NCBI GenBank assembly: GCA_002269645.1
Contig: NIVC01003272.1
Location: 1,989-65,988 of the forward strand
Length of the DNA: 64,000 nt
Source: Macrostomum lignano
Taxonomy: Eukaryota
Direction of reading: 5' to 3'
The notes beneath the pieces are model-generated. The model had not been told where the DNA came from and made no database searches. It saw nothing but the letters and a program-made list of their open reading frames with translations. Made by a program: the position numbers and the translations under genes. This document shows positions 48,410-60,300 of this stretch, piece by piece. Every line of letters starts with the position of its first letter. The stretch's first letter is position 1.

Positions 48410-49100
48410 GGGGAACGGCGGAAAGCAGCAGAGCTGTTGGGGAGAGCAGCGGAAAGCAGCGTAGCTGTTGGGGGGAGCGGCGGAAAGCAGCAGAGCTGTT
48501 GGGGAGAGCGGCGGAAAGCAGCGTAGCTGTTGGGGAGAGCGGCGGAAAGCAGCGTAGCTGTTGGGGGAGCGGCGGAAAGCAGCAGAGCTGTTGGGGAGAG
48601 CGGCGGAAAGCAGCGTAGCTGTTGGGGGAGCGGCGGAATGTAACGGAGCTGTGGGGAGCTGCGGAAAGCAGCGGAGCTGTTAGGGAGAGCGGCGGAATGC
48701 AACGGAGCTGTGGGGGAGCTGCGGAAAGCAGCGGAGCTGTTGGGGAGAGCGGCGGAAAGCAGCGGAGCTGTGGGGGAGCGGTGGAATGCAGCGGAGCTGT
48801 GGGGGAGCTGCGGAAAGCAGCGGAGCTGTTGGGGAGAGCGGCGGAATGCAACGGAGCTGTGGGGGAGCTGCAGAAAGCAGCGGAGCTGTTGGGGAGAGCG
48901 GCGGAATGCAGCGGAGCTGTGGGGGAGCTGCGGAATGCAGCGGAGCTGTTGGGGAGAGCGGCGGAATGCAGCGGAGCTGTGGGGGAGCTGCGGAATGCAG
49001 CGGAGCTGTTGGGGAGAGCGGCGGAATGCAGCGGAGCTGTGGGGGAGCTGCGGAATGCAGCGGAGCTGTTGGGGAGAGCGGCGGAATGCAACGGAGCTGT
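48410..49100. repeat. GC-rich 30/31-bp minisatellite with alternating variants
   Basis: ggggagagcggcggaaagcagcggagctgtt alternates with gggggagctgcggaatgcagcggagctgt. Confidence 0.92.
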
Positions 49101-49329
49101 TGGTTTGATAACAGCTGACGAGGCTGACAGGCTTATTTGCATAGAGCGATGCTATGAGAATGAATTCAGTCAGTCAGTTTAAGGCAGAAAGCTGGCTCTC
49201 TGTCTCTGCCTACCCTTCAACTGAATCGAGTGAATTCGCAGTGCCTGAAGTGCCCGAAGTTGGTTCTACATGTACGTATATATATTGTTTTGGCAAACTG
49301 GATTACAAAAAGGTACGGCTCATATATTA

Positions 49330-51299
49330 CAGTATACTATACATGTATTTGAGTGGCGAAAGGGTGACGGTTTAAATGTTGCTAGGGCTACGTGTATGAG
49401 ATTCGGCCGGTGCTCTACTACCTTGAATTCATGCCCGTAAGGCTCAGCCTCCGTTCATTTACTAATTATTTAATGTCGCGAGAGGGGACTATCAGTCCCC
49501 AACATCCTGCATGGTATTTAGGGGGCCTAGGGTCTTGGCCTTTGGGGCCTTCGACAAGTGACTGCCGCAATTTGACTGGGGACTATTGAACTCTAAACAT
49601 TGGCACCTCAAGATTAGAGCGGCGGCACTCGAACCAAAATAATGTTGAAGGACTACAGAATACATGTATATCATAGAATAGAGAGAAGCTAGTTCATTTA
49701 GACATTTTTTAATCGCAATCCCCAATTTTCATTTTTATTTTCATTTCAAAATCTCAATCCCCGATTGTTAATTCCCTTATATCCCTGATTCCTAATGTTG
49801 AAATTTGAATCCAGCTTGTTGATATCCCTCAGAGGGGAATGATGAGGGGATGCTTCTGAGGACCGAGTTGCTGCATGCTTTAGCTATATACAACTAAATA
49901 TGATCCTGTTTTAGGAGTAGAGTAGAAATATGTGAGAGCAGAGAAGAAGACAGAAAATAGTAGGGGAAGTTTAGGGGATATAGGGCATCGGCAACTTTTA
50001 CGAGAAACTTGTAAGACTGGTCGGGTCAGGTATGATATTCTTAAGTTGAATATGACGTAAGTTGGAACTGGGGCACCTTTTACGAAATGTTTGAAAAGCT
50101 GCCATGCAGCTACATGTATACGAGATCATAGAACAGAGAGAAGCTATAGCTCATTTAGCCCAACCTCAAGAGCCAGAATTCCGAGTGGCAGTCGAAAAAT
50201 TCCGCCCAGCCACTGAGACCATCAGTTCTGCGGCGCGCCAAGGGAGCCGACAAAATGATGATCATCGCATGCTACGATAGTTTTGGAATTATTCTCATCC
50301 ACCGCATTTCTGAGGGCCAAAACATCAACCAAAAGTTTTATCGGAGCTTCATAACCCACCATCTTCGGCCTGCCCTGCGCAACAAGCGGTCACACAGACC
50401 CTGGAACTTGGTCCACTCCTTCCGCACGACAATGCCAGTTCGCACACAGCCCGCATTGTGCAAGACCTACTGCGGGACTACCGTGGGAGGTGCTGCCTCA
50501 TCCTACTTACTCCCCAGACCTCACGTACAGTCCCTGCGATTTCAGCCTTTCCCAAAGCTTAAGAACCAGCTTCAAGGGTATTCAAGGGAACCAGCATCCA
50601 GGCAGCGAGATCGGCCGCATTGCAAAAGACCTGTGCGAATCTGGCGCTGCTGACGGCGTCCACAAGTTGCCTGGCTGCTGGTAGCGCACGATTCAAACCA
50701 ACGGAAGTTATATTGAAGGTTTTTGAGCTGTTCACTGTTCTGACACTCGTTTGTTGAAAATAAATAAGTGTTTAATGAAACTTTTGAGATGACCCTCGGC
50801 ATAGATGGAAGAATATCTTAAATGCCCTCAAGCTATATGTACACATTCAGAAGTTACGTGCTCTTTTAGCATGGTACATGTAATAGATACTGTACATGTA
50901 TAACATTGATACATTTGAGTGTAAGATGCGTTACATGTACGTAGCTACATGTATATATACAGCATGTTTTCTGTAGTCCTTCAACATTATTTTGGTTCGA
51001 GTGCCGCCGCTCTAATCTTGAGGTGCCAATGTTTAGAGTTCAATAGTCCCCAGTCAAATTGCGGCAGTCACTTGTCGAAGGCCCCAAAGGCCAAGACCCT
51101 AGGCCCCCTAAATACCATGCAGGATGTTGGGGACTGAGAGTCCCCTCTCGCGACATTAAATAATTAGTAAATGAACGGAGGCTGAGCCTTACGGGCATGA
51201 ATTCAAGGTAGTAGAGCACCGGCCGAATCTCATACACGTAGCCCTAGCAACATTTAAACCGTCACCCATTCGCCACTCAAATACATGTATAGTATCTGT
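49330..51299. mobile_element. Pair of about 330-bp near-identical inverted repeats enclosing 1.3 kb
   Basis: 49,334-49,660 is the reverse complement of 50,969-51,295, with only a few mismatches seen. Confidence 0.75.
50150..50798 (+). pseudogene. Mariner transposase 3' fragment with right TIR
   Basis: KMMIIACYDSFGII, GQNINQKFY, HDNASSH, EVLPHPTYSPDL...PCDF. Ends with aaacttttgagatgaccctcg. Confidence 0.85.
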
Positions 51300-51307
51300 C
51301 TTCTGTC

Positions 51308-54300
51308 TCTATATCTATCTATCTATCTATCTATTATATACTAAAGTTGACGCGTTGTTTGTCTGTCTGTCTGTGTGTCTGTCTGTCATTTCGACAACTC
51401 CTCCTTGAATAGTGGCAACTCAGCGTTGAAACTTATATGGGAAGATTGGAAATTATCCGAGGTCGGCTATAGGCTATTTTAATTCTGAAATTTTAATTTC
51501 TAAGATCCTCAAAAATCTTAATACTAAAAGTGGTGCGTTGTTTGTCTGTATGTATGTCAGTTCGATAACTCCTCCTAGAATACTTGCAACTCAGCGTTGA
51601 AACTTATATGGGAAAACTGCAAATTTTCCGAGGATGGCTTTAGGCTATTTTAATCTTTCATTTTTAAATTTTTAGATCCCTAAAAAAGCAGGAAGCAGCA
51701 ATTCTGACCTTTGATAATCTTATTTGTCCCCTCTTTCTGCTCGGAGCTGAAAATTGGCATAAATTTTGAGTGATTACGCCACAACTTTTTCCTATGTCGC
51801 CAGTGCATTTTCTCTCCTGTGGGGGAATGGGCGCGTTCTCATTGGCGGCGTGTGTACAATCGGACCCTGGCTCACTGGCTGACTTTATTTTAACAGGAAG
51901 CCCTGTGTATTTTTTGCACAGTGAAATTCAGTGCATTTTAATGCATAAACTTGCGAGCATCTTTAGCAGGCAGTGAACGTACACTCGATATTTCAATGCT
52001 TAAAATCAGAAAGTTTCAAACACTAACTGTTGCTCGAGTTTTGAACTTAGAGAGGAGAGACTTATATTGCTGGAAAGATCTTGCTGCGATGAGTTCGGGG
52101 ATATAAGTTTTTTGCTTTAAATATGAAAATTAAATTCACAGCATTCAAGAAAAGATTTTCATACTTTTAGCTTTCTGCAAAGATTTTGCTCATTTTGGAG
52201 TTCAATGGGGTTCGACCGACCCCCCCCAATAGTTGGTAGGGGGTTCAATTTCTAGCTGCACTGCGTATTGGAAGGGGGTCGGTTGCTGTGTATTGGAGGG
52301 CTGATTTAGATTGCGCAATCTTTTTGTTAACTTTAACCGACGCTGATACTGACTGCCTGAGAAATAAGTTGCGCAATTTAATTGGTTCAATGTTTTTACG
52401 GAGCCTTTCAACACGCAGCTGTGTGTAGCTCTAACCCTAACCCTAACCAATGAATTCTGAGAGCTGGGCTGTTTGACGTAGAAATTTCGATTTAGTCCAG
52501 TTTCACGGAGAGGATTTCTATTTCGCGGAGAATATTTCGATGGTGTTCAGTTTCACGGAGAGGATTTCGATAGTGTTCAGTTTCACGGAGACGATTTCTG
52601 TTGCGCGGAGAGGTGTTGGAAAATGGGATTCCGCTGATGGAGTTCAGGGAATGGAATTCCGCTGATTGGAGTTCTTCCCCTTTCTTCTCCGAAGGAGGAG
52701 TTGGCCTCGTATATACTAAAGTTGACGCGTTGTTTGTCTGTCTGTCTGTCTGTCTGTGTGTCTGTCATTTCGACAACTCCTCCTTGAATAGTGGCAACTC
52801 AGCGTTGAAACTTATATGGGAAGATTGGAAATTATCCGAGGTCGGCTATAGGCTATTTTAATTCTGAAATTTTAATTTCTAAGATCCTCAAAAAAGCAGA
52901 AAACTTGAATCTTGACCTTTGATAATCTTAATTGTCCCCTCTTTCTGCTTGGAGCTGAAAAATGCATGAATTTTTAGTGATTGCGCCACAACTTTTCCCT
53001 ATCTCTGTAGTGTATTTTCTTTCCAGTGGGGGGTGGGAGCGTTCTCAGTGGCTGCGTGTGTACACTTGGACCCTGGCTCACTGGCTGACTTTATAGATAA
53101 TTGCGCAATGATATGGCTACTGATAAGTTTTCCTGCCTTTCAATGGGCAGTCCTGTGTATTTGTTGGACATTGAAATTCAATGCATCAACTTGCAAGCAG
53201 GCAGTGAACGTACACTCGATACTTCAATGCTATAAATCAGACAGTTTCAAACGCTAACTGTTCCTCGAGTTTTAAACTTTGAGAGGAGAAACTTATATTG
53301 CTGGCAAGATCTTGCAACGCTGAGTTCGGGGATATAAGTTGTTTGCTTTAAATATGAAAAGAAAAAGCACAGCATTTGAAAAACTATTTCCATACTTTTA
53401 ACTTTCTGCAAAGATTGTACTTTAATCTGCAAAGATTGTTGGGGGAGGGTTCAACTTCTCACTGCTGCTGTGTATTGGAGGGTTGATTTAGATTGCGCAA
53501 TGTTTTTGTTAACTTTACCTGAGGCTGATACTGACTGACTGTGAAATCGGTTGCGCAATGAATTGATTCAATTAGTTCAATATTTTTATCTGTGCCTTTT
53601 AACACGAAGCTGTGCGTAGTTCTAACCCTAACCTTAACCCTAACCAATGAATCCGGAGAGTTGAGTTGTTTGACGGAAAAAAATTCGATTGAGTCCAGTT
53701 TAGCGGAGACGATTTCAATGTTTTAATTTTGACGGAGAGGATTTCTGTTTCGTGGAGAGGATTTCGATGGTGTTCAGTTTCACGGAGAGGATTTTGATGA
53801 TGTTCAGCCTCACGGAGAGGATTTCTGTTTCGCGGAGATAATTAATGATTGATTTCTGCTTTATGGAGACGATTTTGATGGATTTAAGTTTCAAGGAGAG
53901 GATTTCGAAGGAGTCCAGTTTCACGGAGAGGATTTCGAAGGAGTCCAGTTTCACGGAGAGGATTTCGAAGGAGTCCAGTTTCACGGAGAGGATTTCGAAG
54001 GAGTCCAGTTTCACGGAGAGGATTTCGAAGGAGTCCAGTTTCACGGAGAGGATTTCGATGGTTTTCAGTTGCACGGACAGGATTTCTGCTTCGCGGAGAA
54101 GATCTTGATAGATTTGGCATCTTCAATCAGTCAGAGAAGAGAGTAAAGAGAAGAATGAAAAGAGAAGAGAGATGAGATGAGATGGTAGAAAACAGAGTAG
54201 AAATGAGACGAGAGATTAGACATGACAGATGGGAGAGAAGAGGTGAGTAAGGCGGGAACGAAGGAGAGAGAAGAGAAGAGAAGAGAGGAGACGAGAGGAG

Positions 54301-57300
54301 AGATATGAGATAGCAGAGGGAGACAAGAGAGATGATAGGAGAGAGAATAGAGATGAGGGATAAGAGCGTACAGAGGTAATAGAAAAGAGGGGAGAGTAGA
54401 GGAGAAAGAAGGAGTGAGATAAGGGATGAGAGATGAGAGAGGAGGGGAGAGAGAAGAGAGGAGAAAGAGGGGAGAAATGAGACAGGAGAGAGTAGAGACG
54501 AAAGACCAGGGAGAAAATATAAATAAGGTAGTATAGATGAGAGGCGAGAGAGAAGAGAGAGAAGCGAGAGGAGAAGAGAGAGAGAGAGGAGAGAGGAAAG
54601 AGATGAAAGATCAGAGATAAGAGAGTTAAGAGAAGGAAAGTAGTGAGGAGAGGAGAGATAAGAGAATGGAGAGGATAGAAAAGAGAGAAGAGAAGAGACA
54701 GGGGATAGTGGTAAGGAGGAAAGAAAGATGGGAGACAAGAAAGTAGAGTGTGAGAGCGTATATGAGATATGAGAAATGAGAAGCAGATAGGAGAGAAAAG
54801 AGAAGAGAGAGAGGGTTAAGAGAGACGATAGATAAGTAAGGAGAGATGACATATGAGAGAGGAGAGAAGAGGGAGAGATAAGAGTGAAGAGAGGAGACAG
54901 AAGACAGGAGAAGGTACAGACGAAAGACGAGGGAGAAGAGATAAATAAGGGAGCAGGGGTAGAGATGAGATGAGAGAGAGGAGAGAGGAGATATGAGAGA
55001 CTTGAGAGTCTTTGAGCTATGGTCTTTGAAAGATTTTGTAAAGAATTTGGAGACGATTTGAAAGATAGGGTTAAAGACATGGAATTTCAGTTGATGGATA
55101 TTTCAGGGAATAGAATTCCAGTGATGGGAGTTTTTCCCCTTTCTCCTCCGAAGGAGGAGTTCCACTCGTATATACTAAAGTTGACGCGTTGTTTGTCTGT
55201 CTGTCTGTGTGTCTGTCTGTCATTTCGACAACTCCTCCTTGAATAGTGGCAACTCAGCGTTGAAACTTATATGGGAAGATTGGAAATTATCCGAGGTCGG
55301 CTATAGGCTATTTTAATTCTGAAATTTTAATTTCTAAAATCCTCAAAAAAGCAGAAAACGGCGGTCTTGACCTTTGATAATCTTAATTGTCCCCTCTTTC
55401 TGCTTGGAGCTGAAAATTTGCATGAATTTCAAGTGATTGCGCCACAACTTTTCCCTATCTCTGCAGTGTATTTTCTCTCCAGTGGGGGGATGGGGCGTTC
55501 TAAATGGCTGCCTGTGTACAATCGGACCCTGGCTCACTGGCTGACTGTATAGACAATTGCGCAAAGATTTGTGTTCTAATTTTCAATAGGCAGCCCTGTG
55601 ATTTTGTTGAACGTTGAAATTCAATGCATAAACTTGCGGGCCTCTTTAGCAGGCAGTGAACGTACAATCGATATTTCAATGCTTTAAATCAGAAAGTTTC
55701 AAACGCAAACTGTTGCTCGAGTTTTTAACTTTGAGAGAAAAAATTTATATTGCTGGAAAGAACTTGCAAAGCTGATTTCAGGGATATAAATTGTTTGCTT
55801 CAAATATGAAAACTAAAAGCTCTGCATTGCAAAAACTATTTCCATACTTTAAACTTTCTGCAAAGATTGTACTCATTTTGGCGAGAGGTGAGAGATAAAG
55901 TTGGGGGTTTCGACTTCCAACTGGCGCTGTGTATAGGAAGGGGGTCAGTTGCTTTGTATTGGAGGGTTGATTTAGATTGCGCAATGTTTTTGTTAACTTT
56001 AACTGAGACTGATACTGACTGACTGTGAAATCGGTTGCGCAATGAATTGATTCAATTAGTTCAATAGTTTATCAGTGCCTTTTAACACGAAGCTGTGCGT
56101 AGTTCTAACCCTAACCCTAACCCTAACCCTAACCAATGAATCCGGAGAGTTGAGTTGTTTGACGGAAAAAATTGATTGAGTCCAGTTTAGCGGAGACGAT
56201 TTCAATGTTTTAATTTTGACAAAGAGGATTTCTGTTTCGTGGAGAGGATTTCGATGGTGCTCAGTTTCACGGAGAGGATTTTGATGATGTTCAGCTTCAC
56301 GGAGAGGATTTCTGTTTCGCGGAGTTAAATTTATGATTGATTTCTGCTTTATGGAGACGATTTTGATAGATTTAAGTTTCAAGGAGAGGATTTCGAAGGT
56401 GTTCAGTTTCACGGAGAGGATTTCGAAGGTGTTCAGTTTCACGGAGAGGATTTCGATGATGTTCAGCTTCACGGAGAGGATTTCTGTTTCGCGGAGATAA
56501 TTTATGATTGATTTCTGTTTTATGGAGACGATTTTGATGGATTTAAGTTTCAAGGAGAGGATTTCGAAGGAGTCCAGTTTCACGGAGAGGATTTCGATGG
56601 TTTTCAGTTGCACGGACAGGATTTCTGCTTCGCGGAGAGGATCTTGATGGATTTGGCATCTTCAATCAGTCAGAGAAGAGAGTAAAGAGAAGAATGAAAA
56701 GAGAAGAGAGATGAGATGATAGAAAACAGAGTAGAAATGAGTGGAGAGATTAGACATGACAGATGGGAGAGAAGAGGAAAGGATGAAGGGATGAAGGGAG
56801 AGGATATGAGAGAGGAGATATGAGATTGCAGAGAGGAGACAGGATGGAGAAGAAAGGAGGGACAAGAGCGTACAGAGGCAATAGAAGAGAGGAAAGAGAG
56901 GAGAGAGGTGAGAGGTGAGAGGAGAGAGATGAAAGATCAGAGATCAGAGATTTAAGAGAAGAAAGTAGTGAGGAGAAAGAAGAGGGTAAAGATGAGAGTG
57001 CAGAGAGGAGAGAAACGAGAGGAGACAGGTGGTAGAAAGGAGTGTAAAAACAGCAGATAAGAAAGGGGAGGGTGAGAGTGAGAGCATATAGGAAAGTGTA
57101 AAAGGGGAGCAGAGGAGAGAGAATATATAAGTGAGTAGAGAAGAGATATGAGAGAGGAAAGACGAGGGGAGAGAGGAGACAGGAGAGAGTAAATTTGAAA
57201 GACCTGGGAGAAGAGATAAAAAAGATAGTACAGATGAGAGGAGAGAGAGAGAGGAGAGATGAGAGATGCAATGAGAAAAGAGATGAGTGAGAAAATAAGA

Positions 57301-60300
57301 GAGAGAAGAGATTAGAGATTAGAGAAGAGATGAGGGGAGATGAGAGTAGAGAAGAGAGAATGGAGAGGAGAGAAAAGAGAAGAGAGGAGACAGGTGATGC
57401 AGTAGAAAGGAGGGAAGAAAGATGGGAGATAAGAAAGGAGAGGGTGAGAGCGTATAAGAGATACGAGAAATGAGAGCAGAGAGAAGAGAGAAAAAAGAAG
57501 AGAGAAAGTAGAGCGGAGACGATAGATAAGTGATTAGAGATTAGATATGAGAGAGGAGAGAAAAGGGGAGAGATAAGATAGAAGATAGGAGAGTAGACAG
57601 GATAGGGTACAGACGAAAGACGAGGGAGAAGAGATAAATAAGGGAGTAGAGATAAATAAGAGAGTAGGGGTAGAGATGAGATGAGAGAGAGGAGAGAGAA
57701 GCGAGTCACGATAATAGCGAAGAGAGGAGAGAGTAGATATGAGAGACGTAAGAGTCTTTGAGCTATGGTCTTTGAAAGATTTTGTAAAGAATTTGGAGAC
57801 GATTTGGAAGATAGGGTTAAAGACATGGAATTTCAGTTGATGGATATTTCAGGGAATAGAATTCCGGTGATGGGAGTTCTTCCCCTTTCTCCTCCGAAGG
57901 AGGAGTTCCACTCGTTATATACTAAAGTTGACGCGTTGTTTGTCTGTCTGTCTGTGTGTCTGTCTGTCATTTCGACAACTCCTCCTTGAATAGTGGCAAC
58001 TCAGCGTTGAAACTTATATGGGAAGATTGGAAATTATCCGAGGTCGGCTATAGGCTATTTTAATTCTGAAATTTTAATTTCTAAGATCCTCAAAAAAGCA
58101 GAAAACTGCCTTTTTGACCCCCAATAACCTTCTTTTGCTACTCTGCCTGGGGCTGCAGCCAGTTTGTAAAAATAGCCACCCCAACCTCCGCCCGCGGGCC
58201 GCTGTGTATTGAGGGGTGGTGGGTGCGCGTGTTCTGGGTTCAATGCAAATAAAACCCCCGCGTGTCGGGGGGTTGGGTTAAATTTAATGATTCCCCCGGA
58301 ACGGGGGGTTGGGCTTGGGCTGAGTGTACATAGCTGTTGTGAACAGATAAAACTGTGCCGAGATTCAATTGGTTTATTATCGGCCCTGTGTATTAGCTGG
58401 GCAGTGAAATTCAATGAACAAACTTGCGAGTCTGTCAGGCAAGCAGTCGGTAAATTTCAAACGCTAACTGTTCCTCGAGTTTTAAACTTTGAAAAGAGAA
58501 ACTTATATTGCTGGAAAGATCTTGCAACGCTGAGTTCGGGGATATAAGTTGTTTGCTTTAAATATGAAAAGAAAAAGCACATCATTAAAAAACGATTTCC
58601 ATACTTTTAACTTGCTGCAAAGATTGTACTCAGTTTTGCGAGACGTAATAGATAAAGTTGGGGGAGGGTTTAACTTCTCACAGCTGCTGTGTATTGGAGG
58701 GTTGATTTAGATTGCGCAATGTTTTTAATAACTTTAACTGAGACTGATACTGACTGACTGTGAAATCAGTTGCGCCATCAATTTGTTTTATTATCTGTGC
58801 CTTTCAATAGGCTGCCCTGTGTAATAGCCGGCCGGTGTAATTAATGAATAAACTTGCGAGCCTCTTTGGCAGGCAGTGAACGTACACTCGATATTTCAAT
58901 GCTTTAAAACGGGAACTTTCAAATGCTAACTGCTCTTCGAGTTCTAAACTTTAAGAGAAGAGACTTATACTGCTGAAAAGATCTTGCAACGCTGAGTTCA
59001 AGGATATAAATTGTTTGCTTTAAATATAAAGACTAAAAGCACAGCATAAAAAAACTATTTCCATACTTTTAGCTTTCTGCAAAGATTGTACTCATTTTTA
59101 GTTCAATGCCCCCAACAGTTGGGGGTTCAATTTCTAACTGCCACTGCGTATTGAAAAGGGGTCGGTCTCTGTGTACTGGAGGGTTGATTTAAATTGCGCA
59201 ATCTTTTTGTTAACTTTAACTGAGACTGATACTGACTGACTGAGAAATCGGTTGCGCAATCAATTGATTCAATTGTTTCAATTTTTTTATTTGGACACGC
59301 AGCTGTGTGTAGCTCTAACCCTAACCCTAACCCTAACAATAACCCTAACCAATGAATCCTAATATTTTATTCTTTTTGACGGAGAAAATTTCGATTGAGT
59401 CCAGTTTTAAAGAGATAATTTCGATGGTTTTCAGTTTCACGGAGAGGATTTCTGTTTCGCGGAGAGGATTTCAATGGTTTTCAGTTTCACGGAGAGGATT
59501 TCTGCTTCGCGGAGAGGATCTTGATAGATTTGGCATCTTCAATCAGTCATAAAAGAGAGTAAAGAGAAGATCGAAAAGAGAAGAGAGATGAGATGATAGA
59601 AAACAGAGTAGAAATGAGACGAGAGATTAGACATGACAGATGGGAGAGAAGAGGGGAGTAAGGCGGGAACGAAGGAGAGAAGAGAAGAGGAGAGAGGAGA
59701 TGAAGGAAGAGGATATGAGAGAGGAGATATGAGATAGCAGAGAGGAGACAGGAGAGAGAAGAAAGAAGGGATAAGAGCGTACAGAGGTAATAGAAGAGAG
59801 GAAAGAGAGGAGAGAGGTGAGAGGTGAGAGGAGAGAGATAAAGATCAGAGATCAGAGATTTAAGAGAAGAAAGTAGTGAGGAGAAAGAAGAGGGTAAAGA
59901 TGAGAGTGCAGAGAGGAGAGAAACGAGAGGAGACAGGTAGTAGAAAGGAGTGTAAAAAACAGGAGATAAGAAAGGAGAGGGTGAGTGTGAGAGCATATAG
60001 GAAAGTGTAAAAGGGGAGCAGAGGAGAGAGAATAGATAAGTGAGTAGAGAAGAGATATGAGGAGAAGAGATTAGAGATTAGATAAGAGATGAGGGGAGAT
60101 GAGAGGAGAGAAGAGAGAATGGAGAGGAGAAAAAAGAGAGGAGAGGAGACAGGTGATGCAGTAGAAAGGAGGGAAGAAAAATGGGAGATAAGAAAGGAGA
60201 GGTGAGAGCGTATAAGAGATACGAGAAATGAGAGCAGAGAGAAGAGAGAAAAGGGAAGAGAGAAAGTAGAGCGGAGACGATAGATAAGTGATTAGAGATG

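Noticed and set aside
45434-49182. GLEGRRV and SAALPNSS repeat proteins
   Set aside because: Derived from satellite DNA; no unique coding flanks or splice evidence.
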